Of a DNA stretch of 64,000 bases, positions 27,757 through 36,276 are shown piece by piece. The notes beneath the pieces were generated by a model. That model searched no databases. It was not told the origin of the DNA and saw nothing but the letters and a program-made list of their open reading frames with translations. The stretch lies in the NCBI GenBank assembly GCA_017609985.1, contig JAFCCW010000001.1:96001-160000 (forward strand), read 5' to 3'. The DNA is from Candidatus Iainarchaeum sp. Its GTDB lineage: Archaea; Iainarchaeota; Iainarchaeia; Iainarchaeales; JAFCCW01. Numbering within the stretch: the stretch's first letter is position 1; every line of letters starts with the position of its first letter. A program made the position numbers and the translations under genes.

Positions 27757-28281
27757 ATGTCTGAAGAAATATTCGAAGTAGTTGATGACAACAACAATGT
27801 TGTCGGTCTTGAAAAAAGGTCAATAGTTCACAAAACTGGCTTGCCGCATCGCGGAGTATATGTTCTTCTTTTTAATAGCAGAAAAGAACTGCTTTTGCAA
27901 AAACGAGCTTCCTCTAAAAAGATTGCTCCAAGCACGTGGGATGTTTCCAGTGCAGAACACCTGAAACCAGGAGAAAGCTTTGAAGAAGCAGCAAAACGTG
28001 GGCTAGAAGAGGAAGTAAAAATCTTCAATTCCGCTCCCAACCATGTTCTTGACTTTCGCTACACTCACGAATATAATGTTGGTTTGAAAGACGATGAATT
28101 CAATTCAGTTTTTGAACTAGTTTATGATGGGGCTTTTGCTCCAGACAAGGAAGAAGTTTCGGAAGCAAAATTTTTTTCGCTTGAACAGGTCAAAAAAATG
28201 CTTGAAGAAAATCCAGGACAGTTTGCTCCCTGGGTTGAAAAGGTTTTAAGACTCTATTTCGAGAAAAAGAAACTAGTTTAG
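27757..28281 (+). CDS. idi: IDI type 1-like Nudix protein (IPP isomerase or prenyl-PP hydrolase)
   Basis: H..GLPHRG, LLQKRA..K..P..WD, GES..AA.R.L.EE, F.PW; last gene of the MVA operon. Confidence 0.7.
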   Translation: MSEEIFEVVDDNNNVVGLEKRSIVHKTGLPHRGVYVLLFNSRKELLLQKRASSKKIAPSTWDVSSAEHLKPGESFEEAAKRGLEEEVKIFNSAPNHVLDFRYTHEYNVGLKDDEFNSVFELVYDGAFAPDKEEVSEAKFFSLEQVKKMLEENPGQFAPWVEKVLRLYFEKKKLV

Positions 28282-28294
28282 GACAAGCTAAATA

Positions 28295-28858
28295 TTATTT
28301 AAATTTTTTAAATTCGCTGCTTTCCCTGAAGACACGCATTGTTTCGTGAAACCAAGCAGGATAATCATCTGGTTTGCTTTTAAGCTCTTCAATAATTTCT
28401 GAAATACTTTTTTCTATTGGCTGAGATTCCATTTCATCCAAATTAGGTTTTATTTCTCCATCAAAAACTGCAACATTTACATAACAAAACTCGTTTTCGC
28501 AGGTTCCGTCTTCATATCCTGCTTCGTATGAAAAACCAGGTAATTCCACAAATTCAATTTCTTCTCTGACTCCGTACTCGTTTTCCAAGCAACGCCTTGC
28601 AGCCTCTTTCTTTGTTTCCCCTGCAAGAATATGTGTAGTGGGAACGTCAAGAACATTGCCTCCAATTTTTCTGGAATGCCTATGGTGCATTAACAGCTTT
28701 TTGTCACTGTTAAACAAAAGAACCTGCACTGCAAGATGCTTTGTTCCAGGGCTCTTGTGAGCCTCTTTTCGCGCAATAGACTGTCCGTCTGGCTGTCCTT
28801 GAGCATCACAAGTTGCCATTAATTCATCTGGTTTGTCCTCAAGTTTTTTTCCGTTCAC
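28295..28858 (-). CDS. Second IDI type 1-like Nudix protein
   Basis: RKEAH..KHLAV, FSYEA, ENEFC, P..DE, WF; start uncertain. Confidence 0.7.
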   Translation of the reverse strand: MNGKKLEDKPDELMATCDAQGQPDGQSIARKEAHKSPGTKHLAVQVLLFNSDKKLLMHHRHSRKIGGNVLDVPTTHILAGETKKEAARRCLENEYGVREEIEFVELPGFSYEAGYEDGTCENEFCYVNVAVFDGEIKPNLDEMESQPIEKSISEIIEELKSKPDDYPAWFHETMRVFRESSEFKKFK

Positions 28859-28893
28859 AGTAAAGCTTTTAGAGAAGATAATTATAAAATATA

Positions 28894-29217
28894 ATGTTTG
28901 GAATGAGAAAAATAAGACACACACCGTTTACAAGAGCAGATTGGAAAAAATCAAAACAAGATATTTTTCACAAAGTAACTAACTGGGTTGACAGAAAATT
29001 AAGACCTGGAAGATACAAGCCAGTTATTTCCTCAGACCAGTATGCTGCAAAAATAGGTTATGCAAAATCAGCTGAAGAATATGAAAAAAGACACGGAGTA
29101 GTTACTAGACGGGATCTTCCAAGAGATGCAGAAATACAAGGAACTGTTCTAGACGATGGCTCAGTGGAAATATTGAGAATAAGGAAAAAAACCCCTTCAC
29201 AAAGAAAAAAAAAGTAG
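28894..29217 (+). CDS. Hypothetical basic orphan protein
   Basis: Fills the gap between divergent and convergent neighbours. Confidence 0.6.
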   Translation: MFGMRKIRHTPFTRADWKKSKQDIFHKVTNWVDRKLRPGRYKPVISSDQYAAKIGYAKSAEEYEKRHGVVTRRDLPRDAEIQGTVLDDGSVEILRIRKKTPSQRKKK

Positions 29218-29229
29218 TGTACAAGAAAA

Positions 29230-30030
29230 CTATTTATTCAAAATTTTCCTCACTCGCTTAACTGGCAGAGTCTGATTTTCAAGCACGCTCGCAATATTCT
29301 GCTTTTTCTTTCCCAATCCCTTCCAGTCAAGCACAATTGCTTCAATTTTTTCCCTGCTAGATTTGATTGCTTTTGCAAGAATTTCCCCTGAAAAATTTTC
29401 AAGATTGTACTCTGGGCAGATATGAGAAAAAGCATAATCTGTCCTTAACACTAACTTGGTGAACTCTCTTGGATAATGCTGGCCTCCGACTCCAATGCAA
29501 GCCTTGTAATTTCCCTCGAGTGAAGTTGCTTTCACAATAGTTTCAGCAATTGCTTCTCCTGCCAGCTCATCACTCCACTGCTTTTCACAGCTTCCCAGTT
29601 CAATAAAGACAGCTGGCTTTTCAAGAAACGGGCCATGGTGAGTGCATTCAAGAATAACTTCATAATCAAGCTTTTTCTCAGTCTTCTGGCTTTCCAGTTC
29701 CAGCAAATAGTTTTTCAGCAGGTTTGCTGATGTTAACACAATCTCTTTCTTTTTTCCGCCGTGACTATTGTCTTCCCCCCAATTGCCTACTCCGTGCACT
29801 GTGAGAGTTGGCTTTTCTGACTTGGAAGCATGCTTGCTTGCAAAAACAAGCACATCTCCAGCACAATCATTTACGCTGTCTGCAAAAATTTGGTTTTCTT
29901 CAATAAAAACAAGTTCAAAATCGGGAAATTCTCTGGATTTTCCAGTTTCAAATCCAAATTTTTTCTGCAGATGATTTGCAATATTCATTCCAGCAGAATC
30001 TTGCTCAGAGACAATTATGGAAAACTTCAT
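29230..30030 (-). CDS. dtdA: D-aminoacyl-tRNA deacylase (archaeal DTD2)
   Basis: FASKH.S, LTVH..GN, ECTHHGP, FIELGS, GG.HY. Confidence 0.93.
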   Translation of the reverse strand: MKFSIIVSEQDSAGMNIANHLQKKFGFETGKSREFPDFELVFIEENQIFADSVNDCAGDVLVFASKHASKSEKPTLTVHGVGNWGEDNSHGGKKKEIVLTSANLLKNYLLELESQKTEKKLDYEVILECTHHGPFLEKPAVFIELGSCEKQWSDELAGEAIAETIVKATSLEGNYKACIGVGGQHYPREFTKLVLRTDYAFSHICPEYNLENFSGEILAKAIKSSREKIEAIVLDWKGLGKKKQNIASVLENQTLPVKRVRKILNK

Positions 30031-30068
30031 ATGAAAAGAATTTAATACTCGGAAAGCATAAATTTATT

Positions 30069-30548
30069 ATGCGAAGAGAACGCATTAATTTTGAGAGAAA
30101 ACCTGGGTTTTTTCAGAGAGCCAAAGAAGGTGCTGTCAAAGCCTGGCGATGGGCAACAGCAGAAGATCTGGTTCAAGTACATGAAAAAAGCAGGAAAGCA
30201 AATGCTGAAAGACAATTGGAACAAGCAGAAGAAACAGCAAAAACAGAAATAAAAACAAAAATAGCAGAAATTCTTTTACGGCAAGAAGTTCCTTCTTTTC
30301 CGCAAGCAAAACAACAAATTGCTGTATTTGATTCCCTGATTGAAGCAAGGGATTTTGATGAAAAAGAAGAACGTCTTGCAAAGCTTGAACTCAGACTTAA
30401 TTTCAAAAGTCTTTTTTCGAGAAACGATCTTATCAGGGAACTATCTTCTGAAGGCCAAGCATACAGAGCAAAAGTCAGGAAATTGCTTGATTTAGACCGT
30501 TATACTACTCAGGCTGCTTTTGAAGCCCTAAAAAAACTAGGCAAATAA
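30069..30548 (+). CDS. Hypothetical helical orphan protein with basic N-terminus
   Basis: TATA-like TTTAATA about 25 bp upstream of ATG 30069. Confidence 0.65.
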   Translation: MRRERINFERKPGFFQRAKEGAVKAWRWATAEDLVQVHEKSRKANAERQLEQAEETAKTEIKTKIAEILLRQEVPSFPQAKQQIAVFDSLIEARDFDEKEERLAKLELRLNFKSLFSRNDLIRELSSEGQAYRAKVRKLLDLDRYTTQAAFEALKKLGK

Positions 30549-31031
30549 TTATTTTCCATAACTCTGTTTTAGTTGCTCCAAAACAGAGGATATATTTTCA
30601 ATTGAATTGTTAATAGGCATTTTAATCCAGTAAGAAAAGCTTTCAGAAATATTTCCTCGCTCTCCCTCGGGAGCATGATTTAACTCATACTTATTTTTCT
30701 TTCTCACAATCAATCCAAGCTCAATCATTTTGTTCAAATGATAACGGAGTAGCTTCTCACTGACTCTTTTCTGGAATTTTTCAGAAATAAATTTCTGAAT
30801 TTCTTTAGTGGACGGAGCCCGGTGTTTTTCAAGAAGAAAACTAAAAAGAGCATCAAGCACGTTGAGCACAGTATCCCGGCTCTCCTTCTCCGAAATCAAG
30901 CCAAACGAGAGGGCAAACCATCTCAGCATAGATCTTCTAGTCAACTTCACGTCCGGAGGCAAGTCCATCTGCCTGATAGTGAATGTTTTCCTCACAAGAC
31001 CTGATTCTGGAAATTCAGCCATAAAAATCAC
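30549..31031 (-). CDS. Winged-helix transcriptional regulator-like protein
   Basis: SEKLLRYHLNKMIELGLIVRKKNKYEL. Confidence 0.75.
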   Translation of the reverse strand: MIFMAEFPESGLVRKTFTIRQMDLPPDVKLTRRSMLRWFALSFGLISEKESRDTVLNVLDALFSFLLEKHRAPSTKEIQKFISEKFQKRVSEKLLRYHLNKMIELGLIVRKKNKYELNHAPEGERGNISESFSYWIKMPINNSIENISSVLEQLKQSYGK

Positions 31032-31247
31032 GGAAAAAGTTTCTTTCCTTTCTATTAAAGTCTAATCTCATATTTATTCTTTTTCTGTGCCACGGCTTTG
31101 CTCTTAAATTAGGCGAAAAAGCTGAATAAAAGAGCAGAAAGAATAATTTAGGAGCAGATTTAAAAGGAGGTAAAATTTTGGAAACAATATTATGACAAAG
31201 CCCTGTGCCACCACACAATTTTTAAGAACAATCACACAATTCTGTTA

Positions 31248-31613
31248 TTGGGGGATTTAATGGAATTAGTTACTAGATTTACACCTTTTAGAATGAAACT
31301 TGCAAACAGAGAGCCGGTTCAATTATTTGTTGAAGTATTGAATGATGAAAAAGCAGACAAAATGCTTTCTCTTTCGATTTCTCTTGACAGAACTCTTTCC
31401 TTTGACAAAGGCGGTTACAAAACAGATGCTTCCGAGCGCATTGAAAAACTTGCAGCTGGTCAGTCAAAAAGATTCTATTACGATCTCTTTCCAAAGCCAG
31501 GAATACGCCTTGGAAATACTCCAATCAAAGTAACTCTTACAGAGTATTACAACAGCTATGAATATGTTCAAAACCAGGTTGTAAAAACTGTTGCACTCAA
31601 AGTAGAGGAATAG
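31248..31613 (+). CDS. Hypothetical beta-sandwich (Ig-like) protein
   Basis: Alternating beta pattern, L.AGQSK.FYY. Confidence 0.65.
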   Translation: MGDLMELVTRFTPFRMKLANREPVQLFVEVLNDEKADKMLSLSISLDRTLSFDKGGYKTDASERIEKLAAGQSKRFYYDLFPKPGIRLGNTPIKVTLTEYYNSYEYVQNQVVKTVALKVEE

Positions 31614-31644
31614 AATTAAATATTTCTAGTTCCTATTTATTTTC

Positions 31645-32064
31645 ATGCCTGGAAAAAGAAATCCAAAACCTGTTTCTCGTGCAGACCGTCTTCGTGACCC
31701 AAAAAGACCTCTTGCAGGCTGGCCAACGCTAGAAGATGTTCAAGCACACAAGGCTCCAACAAACAACAGGCTTCTTGAAATGCAGCAAGCCAAAGCTGTT
31801 GCAGAAGCAAGGTCTGTTCAAGAAGTTGTTGCAAGCATTAACAGAATCGGAGAACGAGCGCAAACAAAGCACAAAGCATGGCTTTCCACACTTGAAATGC
31901 TTGAGCGAACAGCAAAAAAGGCAGCACCCGAACACCTGCCACAAGCACAGGAATTGATTAGATTGATTCAAAAAAATCAACTCACTGTTGCTGAGTGGGG
32001 CAAGTTAAGGGCAGAAGCAGAACAACTCTTTCAAAACCTAAAACCGCACATAATCCGCAAATAA
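31645..32064 (+). CDS. Hypothetical orphan protein with Pro/basic N-terminus
   Basis: MPGKRNPKP...; TATA-like element upstream. Confidence 0.65.
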   Translation: MPGKRNPKPVSRADRLRDPKRPLAGWPTLEDVQAHKAPTNNRLLEMQQAKAVAEARSVQEVVASINRIGERAQTKHKAWLSTLEMLERTAKKAAPEHLPQAQELIRLIQKNQLTVAEWGKLRAEAEQLFQNLKPHIIRK

Positions 32065-32071
32065 TCTGGAG

Positions 32072-32512
32072 TCAGTGAACTATTCTGAATTCCTCTGAAT
32101 TGATTTCGACCAACAGGAAAGCGGTTTCCTTTGCTTTTGAGAGATGACTTCTTCTAAACATCCGTTCTAAGTCATCCAGTGAAAAATTCTTTGCCTTTCC
32201 AGACGTAATTATTACTGCATATCCTGGCTCAAGCTCTGCAAGCTTCCAGAGGCTGACCATTGCCTCTTCCCTGCTTCCAAAGCAAAGCTCAAAAGCAACA
32301 GCTGGATTGCTGGAATCAAGCCAGACACATTCAATGTTTCCATAATTCAACTTTCTTCGTTCTATTGGAAAATCTCTCCTGCTTTCAAACCCAAGCTTTC
32401 CGCCAAGCTCATCATAATAATCTAAAATAAGCTCTTTGAACGGCGCATCCTTTCTGTTCACAAAATCTTGCAGAATTTCAAATGCAAGAATTTCCCTGAT
32501 AAACGGTTCCAT
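32072..32512 (-). CDS. Hypothetical protein, possible degenerate PD-(D/E)xK fold
   Basis: G.IECVW..VAFEL pattern. Confidence 0.55.
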   Translation of the reverse strand: MEPFIREILAFEILQDFVNRKDAPFKELILDYYDELGGKLGFESRRDFPIERRKLNYGNIECVWLDSSNPAVAFELCFGSREEAMVSLWKLAELEPGYAVIITSGKAKNFSLDDLERMFRRSHLSKAKETAFLLVEINSEEFRIVH

Positions 32513-32549
32513 ACAAAACTATTAAATTGCGAAAGACTTTAATGTAATT

Positions 32550-33149
32550 ATGGCTGGAGAGTTTTCAACAGAAGAAGCAAGCAAGCTCATTTTCCTTGCA
32601 AGAAAATCCATTGAATATCATCTTGCTTCCGGAACTCTTCTGAAAGAGGAAACTAAAAACGCAAAATTCAAGGAAAAGAGAGGAGTTTTTATCACACTTA
32701 ACTCATTTCCAGACAAACAACTTCGTGGTTGTATTGGTTTTCCAGAGCCGGTTTTTCCCCTCTGGAATGCGGTAATAGAAGCAAGTGTTTCAGCAGGCTT
32801 CAAAGACCCAAGGTTTCCCCCACTAAAAGCAAACGAACTAGAAGAAATAGTAATCGAGATTTCAATTCTCTCAGTTCCTGAATTGATTGACTGCAAGCCG
32901 GAAGAGCTTTCAAAAAACATGGACATTGGAGAAGATGGTTTGATTGTCAGAAGCTCTCGCACATCAGGATTGCTTCTTCCACAGGTTGCAACAGAGTATG
33001 GTTGGAGTGAAGAGGAATTTCTTGAGCACACTTGCATGAAAGCAGGCCTTGAGCAAAACTGCTGGAAGAATTCAAAAAACAAGTTTTACAAGTTTCAAGC
33101 GCAGGTTTTTGGAGAAAAAGAACCTGCTGGTTTAATTGAAGAAGAATAA
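32550..33149 (+). CDS. AMMECR1-domain protein
   Basis: GVFITL, LRGCIG, DPRF, GLLLPQVA, C.KAGL. Confidence 0.95.
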   Translation: MAGEFSTEEASKLIFLARKSIEYHLASGTLLKEETKNAKFKEKRGVFITLNSFPDKQLRGCIGFPEPVFPLWNAVIEASVSAGFKDPRFPPLKANELEEIVIEISILSVPELIDCKPEELSKNMDIGEDGLIVRSSRTSGLLLPQVATEYGWSEEEFLEHTCMKAGLEQNCWKNSKNKFYKFQAQVFGEKEPAGLIEEE

Positions 33150-33192
33150 GAAAATTAACTAAACTAATAAAAATAAACAGAAAAAAACCGCG

Positions 33193-33477
33193 CTAGCTTC
33201 CAATAAACTCTTTCAATGAATCTTCGCAGTTCTGCTTTTCAAGAATGCACTGGTTTGTTTCCTCATTCAGAATATTTTTTTCCTGAACACAATCAATATA
33301 TCTTTTTTCAAAAGTTTTTTGAAGAGCTGGTTCAATCACATAATGCTGGAACAGGCTTCCAATAACAATGCCAATCAAAATCGCTACAACAAGCATTATT
33401 TTTTGAGAATTCCAGAATTTTTCTCCGCCCAAGCTGTCTTTTCCAAAGTTAAACATAACATCACTTTTCCCAGTCAA
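33193..33477 (-). CDS. Single-pass membrane protein with a Cys-containing coiled coil
   Basis: One hydrophobic segment then heptad Cys pattern. Confidence 0.6.
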   Translation of the reverse strand: MTGKSDVMFNFGKDSLGGEKFWNSQKIMLVVAILIGIVIGSLFQHYVIEPALQKTFEKRYIDCVQEKNILNEETNQCILEKQNCEDSLKEFIGS

Positions 33478-34414
33478 TTGCTTTTTCAGTCTTTCCGTCC
33501 CAGAGCATCAATGCCCTGCTTCTCTCTTCAAATCCACCAAGTTTATACCCGAGCTCATTATTAACCTTTTCGGCAAATTCTTTGATTTCTTCACTGCTTG
33601 GCATTCCACTGTAACCCAGTCGTTCTCTTGCAAAACCAATTGGCATAAATCCCTTGAATTCAACAAAAGAAGGTTTTGATTTTTTTAAAATCTCTGCATA
33701 GCCATTTGCATCTTCAAGATTAATTCCTTTTGTGCAGGTGATTCTTGCCACGCTTCTGTCAAATTTTCCAAGAAGGGAGAATGATTCCAATATTTTTTCC
33801 CAGCCATCGCTGATAAGCGGTTTGCAGGCTTTTTTATAAATTTCCTTGTTTGGGGCTGGAAGAGTCAAGTACATCTGAGTTGGCTGTTCTTTCAAAAGCT
33901 TTTCAATCATTTCAGGATAGGTTCCGTTGCTGACAATGAAAGAAATAATGTCTCTCTCCTTTAATTCTTTCACTAGTCCTGGAAGCTTTGGATAAGCTGT
34001 TGGTTCTCCGCTCAGAGAGATTGCAAACTGCAGTGGTTTCATTGATTCCTCAAATCGCTTTATGTTGCTTCCTTCAAATCCCTTAAATCCCATTAACAGT
34101 TCTTTCTGGGCTTCAATGCATCCATCCACAATCTCTTTTGGTTCGTCAACTGGGCCAGTCCACTTCAGTTCAGTGTGATTTATGTCACGCCAGCACCATT
34201 CGCATCTGTGGGTGCAGACATTCATTGAAGGAGTCATCTGCACACATCTCCAACTCCTCACGTTGTAAAAAGCTTGTTTATAGCAGACTCCTTGGTTTCT
34301 GATGCTTTTTCTAACCCATTCGCATGTCTTGACTGCGGAGTGGTTTCCCACAAATCTATAACCTTGCTTTTCAAGCTCTTTCTTTTTTTCTTCGGAAATC
34401 ATTTTAATCAACAA
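33461..34414 (-). CDS. taw1: 4-demethylwyosine synthase Taw1 (radical SAM)
   Basis: HSAVKTCEW, CYKQ.FY, CTHRCEWCWR, AISLSGEP. Confidence 0.95.
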   Translation of the reverse strand: MLIKMISEEKKKELEKQGYRFVGNHSAVKTCEWVRKSIRNQGVCYKQAFYNVRSWRCVQMTPSMNVCTHRCEWCWRDINHTELKWTGPVDEPKEIVDGCIEAQKELLMGFKGFEGSNIKRFEESMKPLQFAISLSGEPTAYPKLPGLVKELKERDIISFIVSNGTYPEMIEKLLKEQPTQMYLTLPAPNKEIYKKACKPLISDGWEKILESFSLLGKFDRSVARITCTKGINLEDANGYAEILKKSKPSFVEFKGFMPIGFARERLGYSGMPSSEEIKEFAEKVNNELGYKLGGFEERSRALMLWDGKTEKAIDWEK

Positions 34415-34520
34415 AACATCTAATTATTTTATGTATAATCTCTTTTTTTAACCTATTTTAAGAAAAATTTATAAACATGTAATGCATTTATGTATTAGCT
34501 TAATTTGGTTTGAAGGTGAA

Positions 34521-34796
34521 ATGATGTATAAGTACACAATTGCAAGGCAGCTTGCCACTAAGCGCGTTATCACAAACCGCGGAGATGAGGTTGGAAAACT
34601 ATCTGATCTCATAGTTAATGAAAACAACGGGGAAATAGAAAATCTTCTTGTTGAAGTGGACAGAGACAGTAAACTATTGAAAAGAGTTCACTCAAAGGAC
34701 AGGATAATTCAAATCCCTTACTCTGCGGTAACAGCTGTGAGTGATGTCTTTATAGTGGATGAGCGAGAACTTGAAACTGCACAGGCTGCTGAATAA
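34521..34796 (+). CDS. PRC-barrel domain protein (CdpB-like)
   Basis: KRVITNRGDEVGKLSDLIVNENNGEI..IPYSAVTAVSDVFIV; GGTGA SD. Confidence 0.88.
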   Translation: MMYKYTIARQLATKRVITNRGDEVGKLSDLIVNENNGEIENLLVEVDRDSKLLKRVHSKDRIIQIPYSAVTAVSDVFIVDERELETAQAAE

Positions 34797-34829
34797 ACTG
34801 CAGTTCCAACTTTCTTTTTCTTAATCTAT

Positions 34830-35942
34830 TTATTCAATTTCCAGAATTAGCTTTTTGGATTTTGCATCAAAATTTTTTATCTTATCAGATACTGATTTAA
34901 TCTTATACATAATCTCTTTTTCTTTTCCCCCTTTCTTCAATACCTCTCTTGCCTCTAAAATAATTCTGTTTATCTCCTGATAATTAGTGTAAATCAACTC
35001 TGCTTTTTCTTTTTGTTCAATTTCCAATTTTTTATAATTTTCAATGCCTGCTTTTTGTTCTTCCAAAGCTCGTTTCAAAGCCTCTATCTTTTTTCCATGC
35101 TTTTTTCCTGCTTCTTTTTCTTTTTTTCCTGAAGTAGCCTGCTTAGCTATGCTGGTTTCAATTGCCTGGCTAAAAGAATCAAATTCTTTGCAGTCTTTAC
35201 TGCAAGCAAAACAAGGCAAAAGAATATTTCCTTTCTCTGTTTCCACAAGACAGGATTTTCCTTTTTTATTTTCGCTGTAAAAATCCTTTATTGTTTTATT
35301 TAATTCTTTTAGTTGTTTTTCTGAAAGACTTGAAACATCAACACTTTTTTCGATTCCTGATTTTTCACAAGCGGATTCAGCAACTGCCGGAGCAATATTA
35401 ATGCTTCTGACAAGCAAGCCAGCAATTCCTCCTTCTTTTTCTTTAATTACTTTTTTGAATTCTCCAAATTCCGCAACAGGACTCAATCCGCGGGATTTCG
35501 GAAACAAATAGATTTCCCCTTTTTTTAGAACACGATCCTTCCACTTTTCTCTTCTGTAAACAGCTTCAATTTTTTTGTCTTCCAACAATAACAGGTTTCC
35601 CTTTGCAAATAATTCAAACACTAATGTATAGTCTGCAAAGCAAATTTTTATTACTCTGTCAAATCCATTCTGGCTTACCTGTGTTACTTTCTTGTTTGCA
35701 AGCCTTTTTCTTAAAAGTGCTCCAAATCCGGAGCTCTGATGTTTTGCAGGAATTGAGTATGACGCAGTAAACAAAGCAGTGGGGGAAGCAATAACATCAA
35801 CAAGCCCATTCTTTGTATTAAACTTCAGCTTCAGCCAATTGTTTGGCAGTTCTTGAACCTTTTTCAAGAACGCGCCCTGCAATAGCTCGTCAAGTTCCAA
35901 CACAAGATGTTGAAGAGCAAGATTAGTTATCTTCAAGTCCAT
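34830..35942 (-). CDS. NFACT/Rqc2 homologue, N-terminal part only
   Basis: LRKRL, Q.GFDRV, ELFAKGNLLL, R.L..G..Y..P; ends after the first coiled coil and middle region. Confidence 0.8.
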   Translation of the reverse strand: MDLKITNLALQHLVLELDELLQGAFLKKVQELPNNWLKLKFNTKNGLVDVIASPTALFTASYSIPAKHQSSGFGALLRKRLANKKVTQVSQNGFDRVIKICFADYTLVFELFAKGNLLLLEDKKIEAVYRREKWKDRVLKKGEIYLFPKSRGLSPVAEFGEFKKVIKEKEGGIAGLLVRSINIAPAVAESACEKSGIEKSVDVSSLSEKQLKELNKTIKDFYSENKKGKSCLVETEKGNILLPCFACSKDCKEFDSFSQAIETSIAKQATSGKKEKEAGKKHGKKIEALKRALEEQKAGIENYKKLEIEQKEKAELIYTNYQEINRIILEAREVLKKGGKEKEIMYKIKSVSDKIKNFDAKSKKLILEIE

Positions 35943-36039
35943 GCAAAAACTATTGTTGGAAGAATATTAAATAGTTCTTATTCTTTTCAACACCTGTTTT
36001 TGGGAAAAAAATATTAATAACTTCTAATTTTATTTTTCA

Positions 36040-36276
36040 ATGAACAAAAAAAAACTTCAGTCGCGAGAAAGAAGCCTTTTCAAAGCAGTAAGTTTTAGAA
36101 TCTGGGCTACTCTTCTTACTATGGTAATAGTTTATTTCTTTACTGGCGAGCTGGCTTTAATGGCTGGAATAGGGATAGCAGATTTTGTTTCAAAAATTTT
36201 CCTTTTCTACGCACACGAGCGTTTGTGGGAAAAAATAGGTTTTGGAAAAGAAAAAAGCACTATTTCAAGTACTTGA
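36040..36276 (+). CDS. DUF2061-like small membrane protein
   Basis: RSLFKAVSFRI, FYAHERLW.KI.FG. Confidence 0.85.
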   Translation: MNKKKLQSRERSLFKAVSFRIWATLLTMVIVYFFTGELALMAGIGIADFVSKIFLFYAHERLWEKIGFGKEKSTISST

